64,000 nucleotides of DNA from Leptolyngbyaceae cyanobacterium (GCA_965263355.1 CBDHHL010000032.1:2880001-2944000); one strand, 5' to 3'; numbered from the stretch's first letter, positions 50,703-62,996 are shown. Program-made: numbers and translations. Notes: generated by a model from the sequence alone, not told the origin.

Positions 50703-52316
50703 CTAAAATTTGCTCAAGGCATCCAGCACAATGCGATAGCGAGTGGCTTCGTTGTTACTCAGATATAAACTGCCTGCTTGTTCCAGGTCAGTCCTTGCCG
50801 CTTGTCTATTACCCAGGTGGGCATTGCTAATGCCCCGATAATAAAAAACGTCTGCATCCAAAATATTGGCTGCAATCACCGTGGAAAAATCGGCGTAAGC
50901 GTTTTGATAGTCTCCTGTTTCGTAGTGCATACGTCCACGGCTAGAATATGCGCTCCAGTAAGCACTATCGAGATCAATGGCTGTACCGTAATCGCTCACG
51001 GCACTAAAACTATCCCCCAGGTTGGCAAATGCATCGCCACGGCCCTTGAAAGCAGCTGCATGCTCAGGGGCCAGGGCCAGGGCGGCTGTAAAGTCGGCAA
51101 TGGCTGCCTGCTGCCTACCTGTTTCTAAATGGACTTTGCCCCGTTTGTAGTAAGCTTCAGCGGTATCTGGAGACAGCTCTAATACCTTATCAAAGTCACT
51201 AATAGCAGCCGTAGAATTGCCTGATGACGCGTACACTTGTCCACGAATCAAATAGGCATCAGCATTCTCTGGAGCCAGGGTAAGTACATAGTTGAGATCC
51301 TCCAGAGCTGCTTTGGGGCGATCTTGGGCAAGCAGTGCAAAGCTCCGGTTATAGTAGGCTTCTATATTGGTGTCATCTAGTTCGATGGCACGATTGAAAT
51401 CCTGCAGGGCGTCGTCGATTTGCCCCAAGCTATAGTGGGCGGCACCACGATTCAAAAATGCCTCTGGATAATCGTCCTGGAGTTCAATGGCCTGGGTGAA
51501 ATCGCTCACCGCACTTTCTGGATTGTTGAGTGCTTTGGCAACTAATCCCCGGTGAAAGTAAGCGGATGCATTATCGGGTTCTAGTCGAATGGCGTCATTC
51601 AAGTATTCTAAAGCGGTTTGATGATTGCCCTGCTCTGTGGCAATCAGCCCCCGATAGATGTAGGCAGTGGCAAGGTTAGGCTCAGTGGCAATGGCGCGAT
51701 CAAAGTCTTCTATGGCCAAATCGATCGCCTTGAGGTCATAGTGGAGAATGCCTCGATTAAGATAGGCAGCGCCATAGCTGGGGTTAATGGTGAGGGCCTG
51801 ATTATAGCTATTGAAGGCGGCGGTTGTATTCTCTAAGCGAGCAAAGGCCGCCCCCCGAAATAGGTAGGCGGGGGCATAGTCAGAATGAATGGCGATGGCG
51901 GCATTGAATTCTGTGATCGCCGCTTCATCGTTGCCCTCTCGATAGGCGTTTACGCCCGCATTAAAGCGCTCAATATAGTTTTCTGGCTCTGTTGGTTCTT
52001 CTGCAGTAGGGAGATCGATATCGTCTGGTTCCTCTACCGCTGGTTCCTCATCCGGAAGAATGTCGTCATCCAGGATAATACCTTCATCCCGAAGAATGTC
52101 TTCTGGCAAAACAGGTTCTATAAATGTTGGCTGGGCTGTAGGTGGGGCGTCTGTCCCAGGCGATGCCTCTGTGTCAGGTTCTAGAAAACCGTCATCGTCT
52201 TGCTCGAATTCTTCGTTTGCAGTAGTACCCACGACTTGGGCCATGCTGACAGTCGTGGTAATGCCTAAAAAAGCGACTGTGCTCAGAAATATCAGAGCAA
52301 ATCGGTTGATTTTCAT
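50703..52316 (-). CDS. Secreted TPR-repeat protein with acidic Pro-rich N-terminal linker
   Basis: Signal peptide ending SMA-Q, D/E/P-rich linker, about twelve AY..RG TPRs. Confidence 0.9.
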   Translation of the reverse strand: MKINRFALIFLSTVAFLGITTTVSMAQVVGTTANEEFEQDDDGFLEPDTEASPGTDAPPTAQPTFIEPVLPEDILRDEGIILDDDILPDEEPAVEEPDDIDLPTAEEPTEPENYIERFNAGVNAYREGNDEAAITEFNAAIAIHSDYAPAYLFRGAAFARLENTTAAFNSYNQALTINPSYGAAYLNRGILHYDLKAIDLAIEDFDRAIATEPNLATAYIYRGLIATEQGNHQTALEYLNDAIRLEPDNASAYFHRGLVAKALNNPESAVSDFTQAIELQDDYPEAFLNRGAAHYSLGQIDDALQDFNRAIELDDTNIEAYYNRSFALLAQDRPKAALEDLNYVLTLAPENADAYLIRGQVYASSGNSTAAISDFDKVLELSPDTAEAYYKRGKVHLETGRQQAAIADFTAALALAPEHAAAFKGRGDAFANLGDSFSAVSDYGTAIDLDSAYWSAYSSRGRMHYETGDYQNAYADFSTVIAANILDADVFYYRGISNAHLGNRQAARTDLEQAGSLYLSNNEATRYRIVLDALSKF

Positions 52317-52406
52317 TCCTCTCCCCCTGTATCTTTCGTGTTTACTAAAACTTACCCAGAGTCAAAGCTAGAGTTTCTATTGAACCAATTAACATTGATA
52401 TAAAAG

Positions 52407-53741
52407 GTGTACGGGGTGCTGATGAAGCCTGCTTGGATAGGGGATTTTGGACGACTTGCGATCGCAAATATTACCGCTAATTTGATGGTCCCCCTGGCGG
52501 GCTTAATCGACACAGCCTTTCTTGGACACCTGAGCGATATTCGTCATCTAGCGGGAGTCGCCCTGGCAACAGTCCTGTTTAACAGTATTTACTGGAGCTT
52601 TGGCTTTTTACGCATGGGCACCACTGGACTGATGGCCCAAGCGCTAGGTCGGGATGACCAGACTGAGCAGTGGCAAGTGGGTGTGCGGGGGCTGATCATT
52701 GCGCTAATTCTAGGGCTGATGATTTTAATGTTGCAAACTCCCCTGCGGTTAGTTGGGTTTGCCATTCTGCGGGCCGATGTTGATGTGATCGAAGCGGGTA
52801 TCGCTTTTTATCACGGGCGTATTTGGGGCGCGCCAGCGGTGCTGATGAACTACGTACTGCTCGGCTGGTTGTTGGGCGTGGGGCAGGGGCGACGAGTATT
52901 TGTTTTAGCCGTTGTTGGTAATGGGGTTAACATCCTGCTCGACTATTGGCTGATTGTACGCTTAGGGTGGGAGAGTTACGGAGCGGGTGTGGCTACTGCC
53001 CTGAGTCAGTATGCCATGCTGCTGGTGGGCTGCTTGCTGTTATGGCGGTCGGTTCCCTGGGGCCAGGTTTGGCAGCAGCGCCTACGCTTATGGAGCCGTC
53101 AGGCAATGGCAGCATTATTTCGGCTGAATCGCGACATTATGGTGCGGACCTGGGCGTTATTGTTGAGTTTTGGTTTGTTTACTAATCTCAGTGGCGTTAT
53201 GGGTACGGATACCCTGGCGGTGAATACGCTGCTGCTGCAGTCGCTGATGCTGGTCAGTTATTTTCTGGATGGGATTGCGTTTGCCACTGAGACCTATGCA
53301 GGGCAGTTTTATGGTCAAGGAAACTATGGTGAGCTATGGCGGTTGGCCCAACTTGGCAGTGGTGTGAGTTTGGGGTTGGGGTTGGGCAGTGCGATCGCAT
53401 TTATCGCCTTTCCCCACACATTCTTTGGGGTACTCACCGATCATCAAATGGTATTAACTCAGCTCAACCAATATGTTTTCTGGTTATTGCCTGTGTTTGG
53501 CTTTGGAGCCATTGCCTTTATGTTAGATGGTTACTTTCTTGGCCTCACGGCTGGCATCATCCTACGTAACTCTACGGCGTTAGCGACGGGGTTAGGCTTT
53601 TTGCCATTGGCGCTGGCGGCCTATTTTCAAAAAAGCCCCAGTTTGCTGTGGTTAGCCATGACTTGCTTTATGGCCATCCGAGCCCTTACCCTAATCTGGG
53701 CCGTTCCAGCTAGTTTGAAATCCAAAGAGAGCCTAAGTTAG
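52407..53741 (+). CDS. MATE (DinF-like) efflux transporter
   Basis: VPLAGLIDTAFLGH, FGFLRMGTTG, LDGIAFATE; ~12 TM helices. Confidence 0.92.
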   Translation: MYGVLMKPAWIGDFGRLAIANITANLMVPLAGLIDTAFLGHLSDIRHLAGVALATVLFNSIYWSFGFLRMGTTGLMAQALGRDDQTEQWQVGVRGLIIALILGLMILMLQTPLRLVGFAILRADVDVIEAGIAFYHGRIWGAPAVLMNYVLLGWLLGVGQGRRVFVLAVVGNGVNILLDYWLIVRLGWESYGAGVATALSQYAMLLVGCLLLWRSVPWGQVWQQRLRLWSRQAMAALFRLNRDIMVRTWALLLSFGLFTNLSGVMGTDTLAVNTLLLQSLMLVSYFLDGIAFATETYAGQFYGQGNYGELWRLAQLGSGVSLGLGLGSAIAFIAFPHTFFGVLTDHQMVLTQLNQYVFWLLPVFGFGAIAFMLDGYFLGLTAGIILRNSTALATGLGFLPLALAAYFQKSPSLLWLAMTCFMAIRALTLIWAVPASLKSKESLS

Positions 53742-53753
53742 TCAAGATTAAGT

Positions 53754-54212
53754 CTACGGATCACAGCGAATTTCCAATAAGAACCCATCCGGATCGTAAA
53801 AATAAACGCCCCGTCCAGTGGGCCGACTAACCGGGCCATGGTCAATAGCCACTTGATTTTGCTTGAGGACATCAACTGCCTGGTCAAACATGGCTGGGTC
53901 AATATCAAACGCCAGATGATTGGCTCGCGTAAATTGTTGAGTTGGATCAGGACTTGGAGGGCCTAGGTCTGGTTCGCCAAAAAGATCCAAGATCGTGCCA
54001 TCGGGTAAACGAAAGTTAGACACTTTACCCTGGCTCACAAGTTCCACCAGGGTTGTAGGCACCTCATCACCCGTGAGTTCATGCAAGCCCAGGATCGACC
54101 CATAGAAAGAGCGAGAGGCTGCCATATCTTTAACGTTGAGGGCAATATGGTGAACTCCGCGTAGGGTATTGGCGCTCAGTCCTAGGTTTGGCCCATTAAT
54201 TGATAACGTCAT
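53754..54212 (-). CDS. VOC/glyoxalase-family protein
   Basis: VHHIALNV, NHLAF, YFYDPDG..LE. Confidence 0.92.
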   Translation of the reverse strand: MTLSINGPNLGLSANTLRGVHHIALNVKDMAASRSFYGSILGLHELTGDEVPTTLVELVSQGKVSNFRLPDGTILDLFGEPDLGPPSPDPTQQFTRANHLAFDIDPAMFDQAVDVLKQNQVAIDHGPVSRPTGRGVYFYDPDGFLLEIRCDP

Positions 54213-54286
54213 CGCAATCTAGTATCAAGAAGGTTGATAATAATTAAGACATATCGTCTTTGCTGCTTTAAACCGCTGAAATTTCT

Positions 54287-57200
54287 ATGAAAAGCAATTT
54301 TCTCGAACGTCTGCATAGTCCTGAACGACCAGTGATTGTATTTGATGGAGCCATGGGCACCAATCTGCAGGTCCAGGAATTAACTGCTGATGATTTTGGT
54401 GGTTTAGAGTACGAGGGCTGTAATGAATATCTGGTGATGACTAAGCCGGACGCGGTGGCTAAGGTGCATCGCGACTTTTTGGCGGCAGGGGCTGATGTGA
54501 TTGAGACCGATACCTTTGGGGGCAGCACCTTTGTTCTGGCTGAGTATGGTCTTCAAGATCAGGCCTATGAGATGAATAAGGTGGCAGCAGAACTAGCCAA
54601 ACGCTGCACCGCAGAGTTTTCCACACCGGAGCACCCCCGCTTTGTGGCAGGTTCCATGGGGCCAGGGACAAAGCTACCTACCCTGGGCCACATTACCTAC
54701 GATGAGCTATTAGAGGCGTTTACGGTACAGGCTGAAGGTCTTTACGACGGTGGTGTGGATCTATTTATCGTCGAGACGTGTCAAGATGTGTTGCAAATTA
54801 AAGCGGCACTGAATGCGATTGAGGCGATCTTTGAGAAAAAAGGAGCACGTCTGCCCCTGATGGTGTCGGTGACCATGGAGACCACTGGAACCATGCTGGT
54901 GGGTTCTGATATTACTGCGGTCGTGAGTATTCTAGAGCCCTACCCCATTGATGTTTTGGGGTTGAACTGTGCGACAGGGCCTGACTTGATGACTGAGCAT
55001 ATCAAGTATCTGTCGGAAACATCGCCTTTTGTTGTTTCATGTGTTCCCAATGCCGGTTTGCCAGAGAATATTGGCGGCCATGCCCATTACAAGCTAACGC
55101 CGATGGAGTTACGGATGGCGTTGCATCGGTTTGTGGAAGATTTAGGGGTACAGGTGATTGGTGGCTGCTGTGGGACACGACCGGATCACATTGCGGCACT
55201 GGCACAAATTTCCCAAGAGTTGTCTCCGAAGCTGCGTGAGATCAGAGTCTCGCCTTACCTGAATGGTACAGTTAGTACTGCCATTGATGCTGCCAAGTCA
55301 GAGGAACCGCAACAGGTTCGTCCGGCATTGAACTATGTGCCTGCGGCAGCCTCTATTTATGGAGCGCAGCCCTATGAGCAAGATAATTCGTTCTTGATTG
55401 TAGGAGAGCGGTTGAATGCAAGTGGTTCGCGGAAGGTAAGAGAGCTACTGAATGAGGATGATTGGGATGGGCTGATTGCGATCGCAAAACGCCAAGTCAA
55501 AGAAGGCGCCCACATTCTCGATGTCAACGTAGACTACGTCGGTCGAAACGGCGAAGCAGACATGCATGAAATGGTGTCCCGACTGGTCACCAACGTCACC
55601 CTGCCGCTGATGCTCGACTCCACCGAATGGACCAAAATGGAAGCCGGTCTCAAAGTGGCAGGTGGTAAATGCATCCTCAACTCCACCAATTACGAAGACG
55701 GCGACGAAAGATTTTTCAAAGTACTCGAACTCGCCAAAACCTACGGTGCAGGCGTTGTCGTCGGCTGTATTGACGAAGACGGCATGGCCCGTACCGCCGA
55801 GAAAAAATTCCAGATTGCCCAGCGTGCCTATCGTGATGCCCTAGAGTATGGCCTGCCACCCCATGAGTTGTTCTTTGATACCCTGGCACTCCCCATCTCC
55901 ACCGGTATTGAAGAAGACCGAGAGAACGCCAAAGCCACCATTGACGCCATCAAAAAAATCAACGAGGATCTTCCCGGTGTCCACTTTATGCTGGGCGTCT
56001 CCAATATCTCCTTTGGTCTCAGTCCAGCGGCCCGCATTACCCTCAACTCCATGTTCCTGCATGAAGCCACCCAGGTGGGCATGGATGGAGCCATTGTCTC
56101 AGCAGCTAAGATTTTACCCCTGATCAAGATCGACCCAGACCATCAAAAAGTTTGCAAAGACCTAATCTATGACAACCGAGAGTTTGACGGCGACATTTGT
56201 ACCTATGATCCCTTAGGAGAGTTAACAACTCTCTTTGAAGGAGTGACCACCAAAGATGCCCGTTCGTCAGCATCCCTGGCAGATTTGCCCATTGAAGAAC
56301 GTCTCAAGCAACACATCATTGATGGCGAACGCATTGGCCTTGATGATGCATTGCAGGTTGCCTTGGATGCTTCCTATGAGCCATTACAGATCATCAATAC
56401 CTTCTTGCTCGATGGCATGAAAGTTGTGGGTGAACTCTTTGGCTCGGGTCAGATGCAATTGCCATTTGTATTGCAGTCAGCCCAGACTATGAAGGCGGCA
56501 GTGGCATTTCTGGAGCCCCTGATGGAGAAAGAAGACGGTGAGGAAGATGCTGGTAAAGGTAAATTCCTGATTGCCACCGTCAAAGGCGATGTCCATGACA
56601 TCGGCAAAAACCTGGTAGATATTATTCTCACCAACAACGGTTATAAAGTGATTAACCTGGGTATTAAACAAACCGTTGATGCCATTGTGTCAGCCTATGA
56701 AGAACACAAACCTGACTGTATTGCCATGAGTGGCTTGTTGGTGAAGTCCACAGCCTTTATGAAAGAGAATCTGGCAGTCTTTAATGACAAGGGGATTTCC
56801 GTTCCAGTGATTCTCGGGGGGGCTGCTTTAACTCCGAAGTTTGTCTATGGCGATTGTCAAGATACCTATAATGGCCAGGTAATTTACGGTAAAGATGCCT
56901 TTGCTGACCTTACCTTTATGGATCGGCTCATGCCTGCCAAGAAAAAAGAATGCTGGCAAGACGGTGAAGGCTTCAAAGGTGACTATGCTCAATACAATCA
57001 GAAGGGGCGTAAGGCGATTGAGCGGGCTGAAGCTGAGTTAAATGGTGGTACCAAAAAGGAAAAGAAAAAAGAACCTGACGTTATTGATACTAAACGCTCT
57101 GAGGCGGTTGACATTGATATTTCTCGGCCTACTCCACCATTCTGGGGCACCAAGGTTCTCATGCCTGAGGACTTTGATCTGGATGAACTGTACTGGCATC

Positions 57201-57952
57201 TTGATTTGCAGGCGTTGTTTGTGGGGCAATGGCAGTTTCGTAAGCCCAAAAATCAAACCCGTGAGGAGTATGATGCGTTTCTAGTTGAAACGGTTCATCC
57301 CATTCTGGCTGAGTGGAAGCAAAAGATTAAGGCTGATAATCTACTCCATCCTCAGCTTGTTTATGGTTACTTCCCCTGCACGGCTGAGGGTAACTCTGTT
57401 CATGTTTATGATCCTTCTGTCATTGATCAGGGGCTCACTCCCCAAGAGGCTGAGCCTTTATTTACCTGGGAGTTTCCTCGCCAGAGGTCTATGCGCCGTC
57501 TATGTATTGCCGACTTTTTCTTACCTAAAGAACAGAATCAATTCGATGTTTTTCCGATGCAGGCGGTGACGGTGGGGCAGGTTTCGGCAGACTATGCCCG
57601 TCAGCTATTTGCTGAGGACAAATATACTGACTATCTCTATTTCCATGGTCTAGCGGTGCAGGTGGCTGAGGCCATGGCGGAATGGTGTCATGCTCTAATC
57701 CGTAAGGAGTTGGGCTATGGTGATCAGGAGCCTGATAATATCCGCGATATGCTGGCCCAGCGCTATCAGGGTAGCCGCTATAGCTTTGGTTATCCCGCTT
57801 GTCCGAATGTGCCCGATCAGGCCAAGCAGTTGGAGATTTTAGGCTCAGACCGTATTGGTATGACGATGGATGAAAGCGATCAGCTCTATCCTGAAGAGTC
57901 CACTACAGCGATTATTACCTATCACCCCACTGCCAAATACTTCAGTGCATAA
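54287..57952 (+). CDS. metH: Cobalamin-dependent methionine synthase
   Basis: [30 protein letters not shown] (B12), [10 protein letters not shown]. Confidence 0.98.
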   Translation: MKSNFLERLHSPERPVIVFDGAMGTNLQVQELTADDFGGLEYEGCNEYLVMTKPDAVAKVHRDFLAAGADVIETDTFGGSTFVLAEYGLQDQAYEMNKVAAELAKRCTAEFSTPEHPRFVAGSMGPGTKLPTLGHITYDELLEAFTVQAEGLYDGGVDLFIVETCQDVLQIKAALNAIEAIFEKKGARLPLMVSVTMETTGTMLVGSDITAVVSILEPYPIDVLGLNCATGPDLMTEHIKYLSETSPFVVSCVPNAGLPENIGGHAHYKLTPMELRMALHRFVEDLGVQVIGGCCGTRPDHIAALAQISQELSPKLREIRVSPYLNGTVSTAIDAAKSEEPQQVRPALNYVPAAASIYGAQPYEQDNSFLIVGERLNASGSRKVRELLNEDDWDGLIAIAKRQVKEGAHILDVNVDYVGRNGEADMHEMVSRLVTNVTLPLMLDSTEWTKMEAGLKVAGGKCILNSTNYEDGDERFFKVLELAKTYGAGVVVGCIDEDGMARTAEKKFQIAQRAYRDALEYGLPPHELFFDTLALPISTGIEEDRENAKATIDAIKKINEDLPGVHFMLGVSNISFGLSPAARITLNSMFLHEATQVGMDGAIVSAAKILPLIKIDPDHQKVCKDLIYDNREFDGDICTYDPLGELTTLFEGVTTKDARSSASLADLPIEERLKQHIIDGERIGLDDALQVALDASYEPLQIINTFLLDGMKVVGELFGSGQMQLPFVLQSAQTMKAAVAFLEPLMEKEDGEEDAGKGKFLIATVKGDVHDIGKNLVDIILTNNGYKVINLGIKQTVDAIVSAYEEHKPDCIAMSGLLVKSTAFMKENLAVFNDKGISVPVILGGAALTPKFVYGDCQDTYNGQVIYGKDAFADLTFMDRLMPAKKKECWQDGEGFKGDYAQYNQKGRKAIERAEAELNGGTKKEKKKEPDVIDTKRSEAVDIDISRPTPPFWGTKVLMPEDFDLDELYWHLDLQALFVGQWQFRKPKNQTREEYDAFLVETVHPILAEWKQKIKADNLLHPQLVYGYFPCTAEGNSVHVYDPSVIDQGLTPQEAEPLFTWEFPRQRSMRRLCIADFFLPKEQNQFDVFPMQAVTVGQVSADYARQLFAEDKYTDYLYFHGLAVQVAEAMAEWCHALIRKELGYGDQEPDNIRDMLAQRYQGSRYSFGYPACPNVPDQAKQLEILGSDRIGMTMDESDQLYPEESTTAIITYHPTAKYFSA

Positions 57953-57989
57953 TCTGAGCAGCCATAATTGTAATTATTAGGGGCTGTGC

Positions 57990-58160
57990 TACCCCTGATC
58001 AAATTCAATTCGAGGTAGGTGCGATCGCGGTTACTGTCGGCGATGAGTTGGTCGACAGTGATGCGATCTCCTTCCGTGACTTTGATGTCGTTGGGGTCGG
58101 TGACAGAGACATTGATAGTGAGGCGATGAGGAGCTTTGCTAAGGTGTTCTGCAGGAAGGG
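57990..58160 (-). pseudogene. Internal fragment of a gene with a barrel-sandwich/lipoyl-like motif
   Basis: PHRLTINVSVTDPNDIKVTEGDRITVDQLIAD is protein-like, but the ORF ends overlap metH and the lipoprotein gene. Confidence 0.45.
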
Positions 58161-58213
58161 AGGACGTGATAAAGCTGGGCTGTTGGGCGCTTAAAAATAA
58201 AATTTGTATAGAT

Positions 58214-58849
58214 ATGAAATTTATAAAGTCTTTTTCCCTGATTTTCATCTTAGGAATAACTTTATTAAGTTGCCAAAATCAACAAAATAAAGAGCCAAAA
58301 GAAATCGTTATAAGTATCGTCACATCTTTTAATAGTAGTGATTTAGAAACTGCTCAAAAAATTTCTTGTTATCGAGAAGGCTTATATGCTGACGCATTGA
58401 TTGAATTAACCGCGTTTATTCGAAATTCCAACCTAGATGACATTGAGATTTCTGCAAGTAATCAAAATTATTGGCGAGAAAGATATGATTCAGAAGAAGC
58501 GTTTCTGAAAGCCCAGGAAGGAGCCTCAGAATCCATCCCCAAAGAGACTCCTTATGACCTGTTATATAGTGTTTTCGCAGTTAAATCAGTTGTATCTGAG
58601 GATGAGATCCCTCTGCAAGTCTGGCAAACTCAAGACATATTTAGTAGAGATTCTGAAAGATATAAGTCTGTGATGTCAGACATAGATGCTCAATTAAACA
58701 ATCTCGATGACTCTGACCCTATACGAGGAATCCTCGTTAGCCAAAAAGAAAGAGCACAGGATCTAAAACCAAGGAAAAATCAATATTCCAAAAGAAATCA
58801 ATGCGTATTGTGGCATACGATCGATATGGAATTAGTAGAAAGACAATAA
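58214..58849 (+). CDS. Hypothetical lipoprotein, AT-rich
   Basis: MKFIK-hydrophobic-LLSC lipobox starting at ATG 58214. Confidence 0.75.
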   Translation: MKFIKSFSLIFILGITLLSCQNQQNKEPKEIVISIVTSFNSSDLETAQKISCYREGLYADALIELTAFIRNSNLDDIEISASNQNYWRERYDSEEAFLKAQEGASESIPKETPYDLLYSVFAVKSVVSEDEIPLQVWQTQDIFSRDSERYKSVMSDIDAQLNNLDDSDPIRGILVSQKERAQDLKPRKNQYSKRNQCVLWHTIDMELVERQ

Positions 58850-58947
58850 GCACCTACCGTTTGTTTACGCATAGAATCCTCTTAGCAATAATCACGGTTA
58901 ACTCCACCATACCGACTGATTACGCCTTTCGACTTCTTGATGACTCC

Positions 58948-59275
58948 ATGATTGATAACATCATTGTTTCAGCCCCTGAAACAATGCCTTCAGATTTAAT
59001 ATCGGCCCGTTACGAGGTAGACACCCAGTCAATCGTGGTATGTTTCAGAGATGGCAAAGTAGCCCTGACTGTTTTCCTTGGCTTCAATTATGGCAATGCC
59101 GAGCAACCCAAGTTCTTCCAAACCATATGCTTTAGAACCAGATTTCCAGGGAAAACATAGATATTCTGGCACATGGCAGCGGGCTGGCTTAGCGCATCAT
59201 GGCAAAGTTTCCTGTACCCAAGGGCTGCCAATCGTAAAAACTGGGAACGTCGTAGGCAGAAGGTTGTTTTTCTAA
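58948..59275 (+). pseudogene. Frameshifted phage-like hypothetical gene
   Basis: TVFLGFNYG...PKFFQTICF in one frame continues as HRYSGTWQRAGLAH in another; recalled similarity to a phage-associated TVFLG..FETM.F..RY.TW..A...H family. Confidence 0.45.
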
Positions 59276-59501
59276 TGCGTCCTGGAAAATAGCTGTATGG
59301 ACAAGAGGGGACAGATTGCGATCGCACCAGCAACCAAGTTAAACGTTCAAACGCACAAATAATCTATGTCCTTGCTAGTAGTACATTACAAAAACCTAAG
59401 ATGTACGCTGGTGCCCTTCCTCAGGTCAACCCCCTATTTATAGTGGTTAAAGCGCTGGTCTTTTACCCAGATAGTCTAATTTCTTGAGAGACGTAATCAG
59501 A

Positions 59502-59864
59502 ATGAGAGCAATTTTGACTGCAATCCTGGCAATCGTTGCCAGTGTACTGTTTACAATGCCTTCCTATGCAGATGGTGCCTATGTAGGTGATGTGGCCGCA
59601 GGGGCAAAAGTATTTGAAAAGCACTGCGCCACATGCCACGCTGGCGGCAATAACGCTATCATTTCCTCACAGACACTAAAGCAAGAAGCCCTGGAGCAGT
59701 ATCTATTTAACTATCGCCTTGAGCATAATGTTGAAGCGATTGAGTATCAAGTAGCTAATGGCAGAGGGGCAATGCCTGCGTTTCAAGGGCGTATAAGGGA
59801 TCAGGATATTGCTAACGTTGCAGCCTATGTAAAAGAACAATCTGAAAATGATTGGCCTGAATAA
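59502..59864 (+). CDS. petJ: Cytochrome c6
   Basis: Signal peptide, GAKVF, CATCH heme motif, YQVANGRGAMPAF, VAAYV. Confidence 0.9.
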   Translation: MRAILTAILAIVASVLFTMPSYADGAYVGDVAAGAKVFEKHCATCHAGGNNAIISSQTLKQEALEQYLFNYRLEHNVEAIEYQVANGRGAMPAFQGRIRDQDIANVAAYVKEQSENDWPE

Positions 59865-59885
59865 AGGCAGGTCACTGAAAACAAA

Positions 59886-59921
59886 AATCGGGTCGAGACT
59901 GACATCAGCCTCGACCCGATT
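59886..59921. terminator. Bidirectional terminator-like hairpin between petJ and ndhE
   Basis: AATCGGGTCGAGACTGA-CA-TCAGCCTCGACCCGATT with A-run on the left. Confidence 0.8.
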
Positions 59922-59942
59922 ACTATTGTATAAAGCAAAAAG

Positions 59943-60251
59943 TTACCATTTCAGCAAATTAAACTGTTCCATATCCACCGTGTCACGATTACGGTAAATC
60001 GATAGCACAATAGCGAGGCCGACAGCTGCTTCTGCCGCAGCAATTGTAATTACAAAGACGGCAAATACTTGACCTTTAATCTCAGCCGGATCTAGATAAT
60101 TGGAAAAAGCCATCAAGTTCAGGTTTACAGCATTGAGCATCAGCTCAATGGACATCAGAACTCGAATCACATTACGACTGGTCACCAATCCATAAATGCC
60201 CACACAAAAAAGCGCAGCGGCAAGAATCAAAAAGTACTCTAGTTGCATCAT
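59943..60251 (-). CDS. ndhE: NDH-1 subunit E (NuoK)
   Basis: [28 protein letters not shown]. Confidence 0.97.
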   Translation of the reverse strand: MMQLEYFLILAAALFCVGIYGLVTSRNVIRVLMSIELMLNAVNLNLMAFSNYLDPAEIKGQVFAVFVITIAAAEAAVGLAIVLSIYRNRDTVDMEQFNLLKW

Positions 60252-60302
60252 GGATTAACTAAGTTCCTCTTAATCGATAATTTGATGTGCTTGAAATTAA
60301 CG

Positions 60303-60911
60303 TTAACTGTCTTGAGTATCGCTTCCAGCAGCAACTAACTCTCTAGGCCGCTCTCGTAACGTAAGCACCTTTTGCTCGTCTTCAGGCTCGTAATCTGGAA
60401 CGTATTCACGACGGGCCAAAATAATGGCTCCGACTAACGCCATAAGCAGAAGAACAGACGCTAACTCGAACGGTAATAAAAAGTCGCTAAAAAAGTGCAA
60501 GCCGATAACTTCTATAGCACTTTCACCAGCAGGAGTTGCCGTAGATATCTGCCAGGGGGTAGCCAACACCATTGAGCTAAGCAGTGTAAATAAGCCTATA
60601 CAAACCACACCTGTTGCAGCTTTACCAATCCAAGCATTAGAAACAGGCTGGAAATCTTCTCGCTTATTTACCAGCATGATGCCGAACAAAATGAGAATAT
60701 TGACGGCACCTACGTAAACTAAGACTTGAGCAGCTGCCACAAATCCTGCATTCAGTAAAATGTAAAGACCGGAAATGCTAACAAACACCATACCCAGCAA
60801 AAATGCTGAGTAAACGATATTAGAAAGCAAAACTACACCCAGGGCTGCTATCAACATCAAGGCACCAAGGATGCCTAAGGAAACAAATTGTACGCCTTCT
60901 GCTAAGTTCAC
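60303..60911 (-). CDS. ndhG: NDH-1 subunit G (NuoJ)
   Basis: NIVYSAF, QVLVYVGAVN, LPFELASVLLL. Confidence 0.97.
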   Translation of the reverse strand: MNLAEGVQFVSLGILGALMLIAALGVVLLSNIVYSAFLLGMVFVSISGLYILLNAGFVAAAQVLVYVGAVNILILFGIMLVNKREDFQPVSNAWIGKAATGVVCIGLFTLLSSMVLATPWQISTATPAGESAIEVIGLHFFSDFLLPFELASVLLLMALVGAIILARREYVPDYEPEDEQKVLTLRERPRELVAAGSDTQDS

Positions 60912-60973
60912 TGCTACTCCAATTGTGTGGGCTGCTATTGGTTTGGCTCTCAGGAGATATCCAAATCTGATGA

Positions 60974-61591
60974 CTAATCAGCCTGCTGGTCAGTCGTAGC
61001 AGGTTTGGACGCTTCCAATTCTTCCAAGATCTCTTGAGGTAGTTTACCAGCGCGACGAGACCCTTCAGGTAACTCATGGGGATCCATAACACCCTTGGGC
61101 AAATAAGCCAGCTCCCGCATAGGTGTCACCATAGGATCATCAGTGACCTTGTAGGGCAAACGGCCTAAGGCAACGCTGTCATAATTAAGTTCGTGGCGGT
61201 CGTAAGCGGCTAGTTCATACTCTTCGGTCATAGAGAGACAGTTGGTAGGGCAGTACTCTACGCAGTTGCCACAAAAAATACAAACACCAAAGTCAATACT
61301 GTAGTGGTCTAGGGTCTTTTTCTTAGTTGTTTTATCAAAAGTCCAATCAACCACAGGTAAGTTAATTGGGCATACCCGAACACATACTTCGCAAGCAATA
61401 CACTTATCAAACTCAAAGTGAATGCGACCGCGATAACGTTCAGACGGAATCAGCTTTTCATAGGGATATTGCACCGTCACTGGGCGGCGTTTCATATGGT
61501 CAAAGGTTACGGATAACCCCTGGCCGATATATTTAGCCGATTGGACGGTTTCCTTGGCGTAGTCACCAACCTGCTTGAGAAAGTTGAGCAT
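60974..61591 (-). CDS. ndhI: NDH-1 subunit I
   Basis: TVQYPYE; two CxxCxxCxxxCP 4Fe-4S motifs. Confidence 0.97.
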   Translation of the reverse strand: MLNFLKQVGDYAKETVQSAKYIGQGLSVTFDHMKRRPVTVQYPYEKLIPSERYRGRIHFEFDKCIACEVCVRVCPINLPVVDWTFDKTTKKKTLDHYSIDFGVCIFCGNCVEYCPTNCLSMTEEYELAAYDRHELNYDSVALGRLPYKVTDDPMVTPMRELAYLPKGVMDPHELPEGSRRAGKLPQEILEELEASKPATTDQQAD

Positions 61592-61594
61592 TGT

Positions 61595-62713
61595 TTACCC
61601 TCCAAACGCAAATGGGAATGCGAGCTTGAGTGCTGCTGTTAGCAATAGATTCACCAGAGCAACTGGTAGTAAAAACTTCCAACCCAAATCTAGGAGTTGG
61701 TCAATGCGAACACGGGGTACGGTCCATCGTAAGAGTACAGCCAAGAACACTAGAAAATAGGCCTTGATTAGGGTCATCATGATGCCCAGTGCTGCGGTAA
61801 TCACTTGCAACCATGGGGTGGTTTCGCTAATGCCTAGACCACTTGCAATGACTTCAACCGGAATGGGAAAACTCCATCCGCCTAGATATAGCACCGACAC
61901 CAACATAGCCGACAACACTAAGTTAACGTAGGAGCCAACATAAAACAGTCCAAACTTCATACCGCCGTATTCTGTTTGATATCCGGCTACAATTTCTTCT
62001 TCAGCTTCTGGCAAGTCAAAGGGTAATCGCTCGCATTCTGCTAAGGCTGCAATCCAGAAAAGGACAAACCCCACTGGCTGTCGCCAGATATTCCAACTGA
62101 GAATGCCGTAGCCTGCTTGCTGATTGACAATGTCAATGGTGCTCAGACTATTGGACATCATCACTACAGCCAGGACTGCTAGCGCTAAGGGAATTTCATA
62201 ACTAATAGATTGGGCAGTCGCTCTTAACCCCCCTAGTAGGGAGTACTTATTGTTTGAGGCATACCCTGACATTAATAGGCCTATCGGGGTAACACTCGAA
62301 AGTGCAATCCATAAAAAGATGCCTATACCCAAGTCAGTAATGACCATATTTTGCCCAAAGGGCACCACCAGGTAAGACACAAATACTGGAATAACGACCA
62401 GGGCAGGTCCCAACGTAAAGAGTATGGGATCTGCCTGAGCTGGATTAATGTCTTCTTTGAAGATTAATTTGATACCGTCAGCGGTGGCCTGAAGTGCCCC
62501 TAATGGGCCAACATATTCAGGTCCAATTCGTTGTTGGGCAGCAGCTGATACTTTACGTTCAAGCCAAACAGCAATGAAAATGCTGACCGTTGCGGCTATG
62601 AGAATTAGCAACATGGGCAGTGGCATCCAAACCACTTTGGCGAATGAGGGGGGTAACCCCAGGGATACTAATATTTGAATAAAGCTCTCTTGCAGGTCGA
62701 TTCCAGAACTCAT
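61595..62713 (-). CDS. ndhA: NDH-1 subunit A (NuoH)
   Basis: [41 protein letters not shown]. Confidence 0.97.
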   Translation of the reverse strand: MSSGIDLQESFIQILVSLGLPPSFAKVVWMPLPMLLILIAATVSIFIAVWLERKVSAAAQQRIGPEYVGPLGALQATADGIKLIFKEDINPAQADPILFTLGPALVVIPVFVSYLVVPFGQNMVITDLGIGIFLWIALSSVTPIGLLMSGYASNNKYSLLGGLRATAQSISYEIPLALAVLAVVMMSNSLSTIDIVNQQAGYGILSWNIWRQPVGFVLFWIAALAECERLPFDLPEAEEEIVAGYQTEYGGMKFGLFYVGSYVNLVLSAMLVSVLYLGGWSFPIPVEVIASGLGISETTPWLQVITAALGIMMTLIKAYFLVFLAVLLRWTVPRVRIDQLLDLGWKFLLPVALVNLLLTAALKLAFPFAFGG

Positions 62714-62870
62714 ACCCGGCGTATATAAATGAATTGGATGGCCATAGGCCCAATTTCCCTAATGATTCTAGCGCTTAATATGTCTTCAAAGGTGAAATTA
62801 CTCTTGCAACACCAATAGGAATTATTACTTATGGCCATAGATGAACCATAGTATGCAAAATTCGAGATAC

Positions 62871-62901
62871 AAAAACCCCCTCTGACACTCGTCAGAGGGG
62901 G
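62871..62901 (-). terminator. Rho-independent terminator after gltA
   Basis: AAAAA-CCCCCTCTGAC-ACTC-GTCAGAGGGGG; U-tract on the minus strand. Confidence 0.8.
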
Positions 62902-62996
62902 CTGGAGTTCCTGAAAATCGTCACTGACATTAGTCTCGTTGGATTTCTCGGTATTGACAAGAGGGGTGATGCCCATCACACCCCATCAATCAGAAT

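Noticed and set aside
52407..53741. Guanitoxin (gntT-like) toxin cluster
   Set aside because: Only a generic MATE transporter; no biosynthetic neighbours.
54213..54286. Cobalamin or SAM riboswitch before metH
   Set aside because: Only 74 bp of divergent intergenic space and no recognisable motif.
54268..57569. Many short antisense or alternative-frame ORFs in metH (likewise in the mannosidase, recJ, FkbH and TPR genes)
   Set aside because: Shadow ORFs of long conserved genes, with no motifs.
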